Of a stretch of DNA of 64,000 nucleotides, positions 57,887 through 64,000 are shown piece by piece (position 1 is the stretch's first letter; every line of letters begins with the position of its first letter). The stretch covers positions 68,350 to 132,349 of the forward strand of contig JAJYHX010000004.1 of assembly GCA_021784575.1 (NCBI GenBank), written 5' to 3'. The position numbers and the translations under genes were made by a program. Source of the stretch: Nitrospirota bacterium (lineage in GTDB: Bacteria; Nitrospirota; JACRHJ01). Below the pieces are notes generated by a model. The model was not told where the DNA came from, searched no databases, and saw only the letters and a program-made list of their open reading frames with translations.

Positions 57887-58997
57887 ACAGCCGCTCCGGC
57901 GCTGTCCTGCCGGCGGTTCCCGCGTGAAACGCTCAGCATAATCCCTACCGACGCAAGCGCAACAAAAACCGACGACCCGCCCGCGCTGATGAACGGGAGC
58001 GGCATGCCCTTGTTAGGGAACACGCCCGTCGCGACGCCCATGTTTATAAGGGCCTGCAACCCTATCATCAGCGTAAGCGCGAAAACCAGCAGCCGCCCGA
58101 ACGGGTCCTTGCACCTCAGCGCAAGCCTCATGCCGAACAGCGTGAACAACAGAAAAAGTATCACTATGGCCGCCGCGCCTATGAAGCCGAATTCCTCGCC
58201 GATGACCGAGAATATGAAGTCGTTGTGCGGCTCCGGCAGGAAAAGGAGCTTCTGCCTGCTCTGGCCCAGCCCTACGCCGGTCAGTCCGCCGCCGCCGAAC
58301 GCAAGAAAAGACTGGATGGTCTGGAACCCTGCGCCAAGCGGGTCGTTCCACGGGTTCATAAAGGTATAGAGGCGGCTTTTGCGATAACCGACCTTGAAGA
58401 GCTGCAGGTAAAGAACCGGCATCGCACCAAGCACCAGCGCGCCCAGGTGGGACAGCTTCGCCCCGCCCGCAAACAGCATCATGAATACGACCGCGCATAT
58501 CGCGGCGGCGGTCCCGAAATCAGGCTCCAGGGCAATCAGCAGGACGAGCGTCCCGCAGATGAACAGATACGGTCCGATACCATGCCAGAAATCGTTCAGC
58601 TTCTCAGCCCTCTTTGCAAGCGAGGCGGCGACGAACGTGAAAAGAACCGGCTTGGTAAATTCGGACGCCTGTAACGAAAAACCAGCGAGCCTTATCCACC
58701 TGCGCGCCCCGTTCACCTCCGGCCCGACCAGGGTTATTATAAGCAGGATAAAACACATAAACAGCGCAGGAAGCGAGAGCTTCCGGAAGATTTTATAGTC
58801 CATCCTCCACGCGGCAAGCATCGCCGCCATCCCGGCTCCGGCCCAGACAATCTGCCGCTTCAGGTAATAAGTCGAGTCGTTGTGATACCTGAGCGCCATG
58901 ACCGAACTCGCGGAATATACCATCACAAGCCCGAAGGACAGGAGTATCAGCGTTATGAAAAATATTATGCTGTCTTCGCGGATTTGTTTCAGCTTCA
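57883..58997 (-). CDS. ftsW: Peptidoglycan glycosyltransferase FtsW (SEDS family)
   Basis: FtsW/RodA 10-TM pattern. Start MKLKQIREDS. Confidence 0.85.
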
Positions 58998-59002
58998 TTT
59001 GG

Positions 59003-60346
59003 TTACAGGCTCCGCACAATATCCTTGAACTGCCTTCCACGGTCCTCGAAGTCCTTGAACATGTCGAAGCTTGCGCAGGCGGGGGAGAGCAGCACGACGT
59101 CGCCTTTTGAAGCCGCGTCTTTTGCCTTCAATACGGCGTCCTTCAAAGACGAAGCGCGCACCGTCTCGGTCTCGCCGCCAATCGCCTCTTCCATCGCGTC
59201 CGCGGCCTTGCCGAAAAGGACGAGCCTCTTGACCCTTTCGCGCACAAGCTTCCTGAGCGGCGAAAAATCGCTGTGCTTGTCCAGGCCGCCTGCGAGCAAT
59301 ATCACCGGCTCCGTGAAGCTCTCTATGGATTTCTCCACAGCCCCGACGTTTGTCCCCTTGGAATCGTTTATGTAGCTCACGCCGTTTAATTCACGCACGA
59401 ATTCCAGCCTGTGCTCAAGGCCGGGAAACTCGCGCAGGACTTTCTCCACCGCGCCTGCACCGGCCCCGGCGGCAAGCGTTATTGCGGCGGCGGCAAGAGC
59501 GTTCTCGAGGTTATGCACGCCGCGAATCCTTATGTCATTTACCCTGATTATTCTTTCCTCGGGGCCTGACATGGCGCTTACGAGAACGCCGTCCCTCACG
59601 AAAACTCCGTCTGCGGGATACTTCTTCCGGGAGAACGGAACTATTCTGCACATCGTTTTTTTTGCCAGGGCGACAGTCGGCGCATCGTCCATATTTACCA
59701 CCAGGCAATCCTTTAACGTCTGGTTTTTGTATATCCTGGCCTTTGCCGCCGCATATTCCTTCATGTTCCGGTAGCGGTCGAGGTGGTCCTGCGTGACGTT
59801 TAAGAGCGCGGATATTTTCGGGCGGAATTTTTTAATGGTCTCAAGCTGGAAGCTCGATACCTCGGCCACTATGTAGTCCCGGCCTCTAAGGAGATCCGGT
59901 TCTTCCGTAAGGGCGTTGCCGAGGTTTCCTCCCACGGTCACCTTCATCCCCGAGGTCTTCAGTATTTCGCCGACGAGCGTGGTCGTGGTGGACTTTCCGT
60001 TTGTCCCGGTTATGGCGATAAAAGGCGAATCGGAGTATAGATATGCAAGCTCCAGCTCTCCTATGACCTGGACTTTCGCAGAGACCGCCATTTTTATCGG
60101 CGGGGCCGAAAGCGGCATACCGGGCGAGACTACAATCATGTCCGCGCCGGAGAAAAGCTCGTCCGGGTGCGCGCCCAGAACCTTCCTTACCCTGGGATTC
60201 AGCCGCAGGAGCTGTTCGCCAATCTCCGCCTCGGGCTTGATGTCCGTAACTGTCACATCCGCGCCGAGCCGCAAGAGCAGATTCGCCGCCCCCGCGCCGC
60301 TTCGGGCCAGGCCCGCCACTGTTATTTTCTTGCCGCTGAAATTCAT
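59003..60346 (-). CDS. murD: UDP-N-acetylmuramoylalanine--D-glutamate ligase
   Basis: ITGTNGKSTTTTL P-loop, Mur ligase domains. Confidence 0.9.
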   Translation of the reverse strand: MNFSGKKITVAGLARSGAGAANLLLRLGADVTVTDIKPEAEIGEQLLRLNPRVRKVLGAHPDELFSGADMIVVSPGMPLSAPPIKMAVSAKVQVIGELELAYLYSDSPFIAITGTNGKSTTTTLVGEILKTSGMKVTVGGNLGNALTEEPDLLRGRDYIVAEVSSFQLETIKKFRPKISALLNVTQDHLDRYRNMKEYAAAKARIYKNQTLKDCLVVNMDDAPTVALAKKTMCRIVPFSRKKYPADGVFVRDGVLVSAMSGPEERIIRVNDIRIRGVHNLENALAAAAITLAAGAGAGAVEKVLREFPGLEHRLEFVRELNGVSYINDSKGTNVGAVEKSIESFTEPVILLAGGLDKHSDFSPLRKLVRERVKRLVLFGKAADAMEEAIGGETETVRASSLKDAVLKAKDAASKGDVVLLSPACASFDMFKDFEDRGRQFKDIVRSL

Positions 60347-60348
60347 GT

Positions 60349-61446
60349 CTAAGTCCTGCGTCTTCTTCTACTTATGCGTTTTTTGTAATGCGCGGGACAA
60401 ACTTTAAGCCGTCTGCCCGGCCGTATCAGCGATCTCACGGACAGGTTGTTCAGTCTGGCCAGGCTGTTCACGCTCATGCCGAACCTCCTTGCTATCCCGA
60501 AGAGCGTGTCGCCGCGTCTTACCCTGTAGACCCGTTTGGATACGACCCGCCTTCCGCGATGCCTTATTCTTTCCCTGACCCTGTAAGAAGCCTTTATTAT
60601 CCGTCCGGTCTCCGGCGTGTCGCCGAGCGCCAGGGTCTGGTTCTTCATGGCCAGTTCGAATCCCTTGTCCAGGAGTTTTTTGGTGTCTCCCCAGAGGTCC
60701 GCGCCGTGCAGGATTGCGACTATGAGCCTGGTGTTGGAACAGTTGGCCTCTCCGACATAGCACTGCCTGGCTGCGAGCGTATAGCCGGTCTTGCCCGCGC
60801 CCGCGCCTTCGTAATACCATAGCATCCTGTTATGGTTCTTCAGGAGCGTCTTGTCCCTGCGGCCCATGTTGAGCGTCGCGTATTTTGTGCATGCTATCTG
60901 CATGAAAGTGGGGTTGTGCATGGCATAGCGGAGCATCAGGGCCAGGTCGTACGGCGTGGTGTAGTGGTCGCTTATCGGAAGTCCGGAAGCGTTTCTGAAA
61001 TTGGTATCGACAGCGCCTATCTCATGGGCCTTTTCCGTCATGAGTTTTGCGAACGCCGGCTCGGAGCCCGCTATGCCTTCCGCAAGCACGACGGCGCTGT
61101 CGTTGGCGCTTTTCAGGAGCAATGAATAAAGGAGCGCCTGCACGGTCACCCTGTCGCCCGGCCTCAGGTAAACCTTGGATGCTGGCATGGAGGCCGCGTG
61201 CCGGCTGACTGTAAAAACATCGGAGAGCTTTGCCTTCTCAAGCGTAATTATCGCTGTCATTACCTTCGTGCAGGAAGCCGGGGGGAATTCCGTGTTGAGG
61301 TTCCGGGATATTATGACCTTGCCTGTATCCGCGTCCATTACACAGACGCCCTCGGCGGTCACGTGGAAATTATCCTCCGCGAGAGCGGGCCGAAGCGAGG
61401 TTAAGAGAACGAGTGTAAAAAGAATCAGCGCCGACAATCTCTTCAT
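60349..61446 (-). CDS. Serine-type D-Ala-D-Ala carboxypeptidase (peptidase S11) with C-terminal LysM domain
   Basis: Signal peptide. SXXK (ASCTK), SXN (SAND) and KTG (AGKTG) motifs. C-terminal LysM (YRVRRGDTLFGIARRFGMSVNSLARLNNL). Confidence 0.8.
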   Translation of the reverse strand: MKRLSALILFTLVLLTSLRPALAEDNFHVTAEGVCVMDADTGKVIISRNLNTEFPPASCTKVMTAIITLEKAKLSDVFTVSRHAASMPASKVYLRPGDRVTVQALLYSLLLKSANDSAVVLAEGIAGSEPAFAKLMTEKAHEIGAVDTNFRNASGLPISDHYTTPYDLALMLRYAMHNPTFMQIACTKYATLNMGRRDKTLLKNHNRMLWYYEGAGAGKTGYTLAARQCYVGEANCSNTRLIVAILHGADLWGDTKKLLDKGFELAMKNQTLALGDTPETGRIIKASYRVRERIRHRGRRVVSKRVYRVRRGDTLFGIARRFGMSVNSLARLNNLSVRSLIRPGRRLKVCPAHYKKRISRRRRRT

Positions 61447-61458
61447 GACATCTTCCTT

Positions 61459-62541
61459 CTACCTGAGTTTCAGGGTGCTCAGGCCCACCAACGCAAGAAT
61501 AATACCCAGTACCCAAAACCGCGCAATGACCTTTGATTCCGCCCAGCCCATCTCTTCAAAATGGTGGTGGACCGGAGCCATCCTGAAAATCCTCTTGCCC
61601 CGGCTCTTGAATGACGCGACCTGGAGGATAACAGATAGCGTCTCCGCGACAAATATGCCTCCCACAATAACCAGTATTATCTCGTGCTTGGTCAGCAGGG
61701 CCAGCATACCGAGCGCGCCGCCCAGACTCAGGCTCCCGACGTCGCCCATGAACACCTCGGCGGGATGCGAGTTATACCATAGAAACCCCAACGACGCGCC
61801 CATCAAGGCCCCGCAGAATACCGTAAGCTCTCCCGCGCCCGGTATGTACAGCACCTGAAGATAATGCGAGAAAATCCTGTTGCCGGTCACGTAGACCAGG
61901 ACGGCGTTTGCGAAGGCGGCTATGCCGACAAGTCCTATTGCCAGCCCGTCCAGGCCGTCGGTCAGGTTCACCGCGTTGGACGAGCCGACCAGCACCAGCA
62001 CCACGAACGGGACATAGAACCACGCCAGGTTGATTATCCATTTCTTGAAGAACGGTATCAGGAGCACCGTGCTGTTCGGGTCCATGGGGTTGAAATAAAG
62101 CAGGAGGCCTATGCAAAGGGCAATCACCACCTGCCATCCGAACTTGTAGCGGGCCTTCAGTCCCTCGCTCTTCTTCCTTACGACTTTCAGGTAATCGTCA
62201 TAGAACCCCACCGCGCCGAAGGCAAGGGTGCCCGCCACCACGAGCCAGACGTAGCGATTGGTGAGGTCGGACCATAAAATGGTCGGAACCGTTACGGCAA
62301 TGAGTATCAGGATTCCGCCCATTGTCGGGGTTCCGGCCTTGCCGAGGTGCGTGCCGGGCCCGTCCGAGCGAACCTGCTGTCCGACCTTGAGATCTTTCAG
62401 CTTCCGGATAATGGACGGCCCGAAGATGAAGCTTATGAGGAGCGCCGTGAACATCGCGCTGGCGAAGCGGAAAGTAATGTAGCGGAACACGTTGAAGGCG
62501 TGTATTTTTTCGTGAAGCGGAAACAGCAGGTTATAAAACAT
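61459..62541 (-). CDS. mraY: Phospho-N-acetylmuramoyl-pentapeptide transferase
   Basis: 360 aa polytopic membrane protein with conserved MraY blocks. Confidence 0.95.
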   Translation of the reverse strand: MFYNLLFPLHEKIHAFNVFRYITFRFASAMFTALLISFIFGPSIIRKLKDLKVGQQVRSDGPGTHLGKAGTPTMGGILILIAVTVPTILWSDLTNRYVWLVVAGTLAFGAVGFYDDYLKVVRKKSEGLKARYKFGWQVVIALCIGLLLYFNPMDPNSTVLLIPFFKKWIINLAWFYVPFVVLVLVGSSNAVNLTDGLDGLAIGLVGIAAFANAVLVYVTGNRIFSHYLQVLYIPGAGELTVFCGALMGASLGFLWYNSHPAEVFMGDVGSLSLGGALGMLALLTKHEIILVIVGGIFVAETLSVILQVASFKSRGKRIFRMAPVHHHFEEMGWAESKVIARFWVLGIILALVGLSTLKLR

Positions 62542-63920
62542 TACGCGTGAATCCTCCCCGTCTTCAGCTTCTCCACCGCGAGTTCCATCTTCGAGCCGCG
62601 CGAGCCCTTCACGAGCACCACGTCTCCCGCCTTAAGAAAATCCGCCGCAATCTCCGCCGCCTTGCCGGGCTCGGGCGCGATGAATATGTTCTCCTCCGGC
62701 ATACCCGCTTCTATCGCGCCCTGGGCCGCGTCCGGCGCATGCGGGCCCACCAAAACCAGCATGTGGACGCCGCTTGCCCCGGCAAGCCTGCCGGTATCGA
62801 AATGAGACCTCGACGCCTGGCTTCCAAGCTCCAGCATCTCGCCAAGGATTGCGAACTTCCTCCCGCCCTTCATCGACGTCAGCGCGCTTATCGCCGCGGC
62901 CATTGACGCCGGGTTTGCGTTATAGGCGTCGTTTATTACCCTTACCCCGTCGATTATCTCCTCCTGCATCCGCATCTTCGCTGGGCGGCAGGAGGAAAGA
63001 CCGTCCCTTATCTCGTCCATAGTCATGCCGAGGACATAGGCCGAGGAGGCCGCCGCCAGAGCATTATAGACATTGTGAGAGCCGATGAAGTTCAGTTTTA
63101 TCGCCGAGGACATGCCCGGCAGTTTAAGCCTGAACGACACGCCGCCCGCGCTCTCCGCTATATCCGACGCGGATACCGCGGCGTCTCTGCCAAGGCCGAA
63201 AGACACGGTCTCCCCCTTGAACCGGTGCGGCAGGGCTTTTAAGTGCGGGTCGTCCGCATTCAATATCGCCGTCCCTTCGGGCGGCAGGGAGGCGATCAGT
63301 TCCGACTTGGCCTTCGCCACCCCTTCGAGGTCCTTCAGGATGTCGAGGTGGGCCGGGCCGATATTCGTTATCACGCCTATTCCGGGCGAGGCAATCGCGG
63401 CAAGCCTGGCAATCTCGCCGGGCGCGCTCATGCCCATTTCTATAACCGCCGCCCAGTGTTCGTCCTTGAGCCTCAGGAGCGTAAGCGGAACGCCGATATG
63501 ATTGTTCAGGTTGCCGTCGGTCCTGAGCGCCGGGCCGCGCAGCGATAGTATGGACGCGAGCATTTCCTTGGTGGTGGTCTTTCCGTTTGTGCCCGTGATG
63601 CCGACAAGCGGCATGTCCATCCGCGCCGTCCTCACGGAATGCGCCAGGTCCTGGAGGGCGCGCAGCGTATCCGGGACTTCTATTAAAGTCATCCCCGGCT
63701 GATTGACATCTTTCCCCTTTTCTATAAGCGCGCCGGCCGCGCCGGAGACCGCCGCCTGCCCTATAAAGTCATGGCCGTCGAAGCGTTCGCCGGAAAGCGG
63801 GACAAAGAGTTCGCCCGGCTTGACGCTCCTGCTGTCCGTGGATATGCCGGAGAACTCCGCCTTGCCTTCCTGGACGAGCCTGCCGCCCGCCGCCGCGATT
63901 ATTTTTTCCAGGTTAATCAC
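62541..63920 (-). CDS. murF: UDP-N-acetylmuramoyl-tripeptide--D-alanyl-D-alanine ligase
   Basis: [15 protein letters not shown]-loop. Confidence 0.9.
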   Translation of the reverse strand: MINLEKIIAAAGGRLVQEGKAEFSGISTDSRSVKPGELFVPLSGERFDGHDFIGQAAVSGAAGALIEKGKDVNQPGMTLIEVPDTLRALQDLAHSVRTARMDMPLVGITGTNGKTTTKEMLASILSLRGPALRTDGNLNNHIGVPLTLLRLKDEHWAAVIEMGMSAPGEIARLAAIASPGIGVITNIGPAHLDILKDLEGVAKAKSELIASLPPEGTAILNADDPHLKALPHRFKGETVSFGLGRDAAVSASDIAESAGGVSFRLKLPGMSSAIKLNFIGSHNVYNALAAASSAYVLGMTMDEIRDGLSSCRPAKMRMQEEIIDGVRVINDAYNANPASMAAAISALTSMKGGRKFAILGEMLELGSQASRSHFDTGRLAGASGVHMLVLVGPHAPDAAQGAIEAGMPEENIFIAPEPGKAAEIAADFLKAGDVVLVKGSRGSKMELAVEKLKTGRIHA

Positions 63921-64000
63921 GCGCTCTTCCTCGCAAGCATTGCCGCAGCCGCCGCTTCACGGTCGTCGAAATGGTATTTCGTCGTCCCGATTATCTGGTA
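63917..64000 (-). CDS. murE: MurE (C-terminal end only; gene continues beyond the window)
   Basis: Minus-strand translation gives ...[27 protein letters not shown], typical of the MurE C-terminus. Stop overlaps the murF start. Confidence 0.55.
   Translation of the reverse strand, partial: YQIIGTTKYHFDDREAAAAAMLARKSA

Noticed and set aside
1-64000. CRISPR arrays, rRNA genes, IS transposases
   Set aside because: No regularly spaced identical repeats with unique spacers. No rRNA-like conserved stretches. No transposase-like ORFs or terminal inverted repeats beyond the tRNA-associated island.

Overview
High-GC (~60-65%) bacterial chromosomal window, almost entirely coding, with most genes on the minus strand. 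No rRNA and no CRISPR array are present.

Content from start to end:
(1) Membrane-bound uptake [NiFe]-hydrogenase operon: maturation protease (partial), cytochrome b, large and small subunits (hupD'/hupC/hupL/hupS, minus strand). A near-consensus sigma-54 promoter lies upstream of hupS. Immediately adjacent is an H2-sensing module: Tat-less regulatory hydrogenase small and large subunits, a soluble PAS histidine kinase and a sigma-54 (NtrC-type) response regulator. This is the HupUV/HoxBC-HoxJ-HoxA architecture.
(2) A ~10.8-kb integrated island inserted at the 3' end of tRNA-Val(CAC), flanked by 46-bp direct repeats. It is AT-richer than the host. It carries a GNAT toxin with a coupled small antitoxin, a Type III R-M pair (long Mod plus Res), an uncharacterised 260-aa gene, an AlpA-like excisionase, several small DNA-binding or Cys-rich ORFs, and a tyrosine integrase.
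(3) Housekeeping block: GAF/Cys-rich protein, XRE regulator, RlmI-like methyltransferase, SurA-like PPIase with a repetitive linker, ApbE, ArsB/NhaD permease, RluB-like synthase, NadA and a lytic transglycosylase. Also an orphan peptide-type ABC ATPase and binding protein beside a C26 peptidase and a D-aminoacylase, an AT-rich methyltransferase, a cupin carrying an in-frame repeat insertion, a LOG-family protein and an FKBP.
(4) A fused NikM-N-Q-like ECF nickel/cobalt transporter and an ATPase with a His-rich tail, followed by a DUF362 2x[4Fe-4S] protein.
(5) The yggU-divIVA-yggT-proC-yggS-pgeF block.
(6) A division/cell-wall cluster murE'-murF-mraY-[DD-carboxypeptidase-LysM]-murD-ftsW-murG-murC-murB-ddl-ftsQ-ftsA-ftsZ, followed directly by a B12-binding radical SAM gene and a set of three lipoprotein genes (two larger tandem paralogs plus a smaller one).

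Several families of intergenic and intragenic repeats are present, including a modular double-hairpin element found once between genes and once in-frame inside a CDS.
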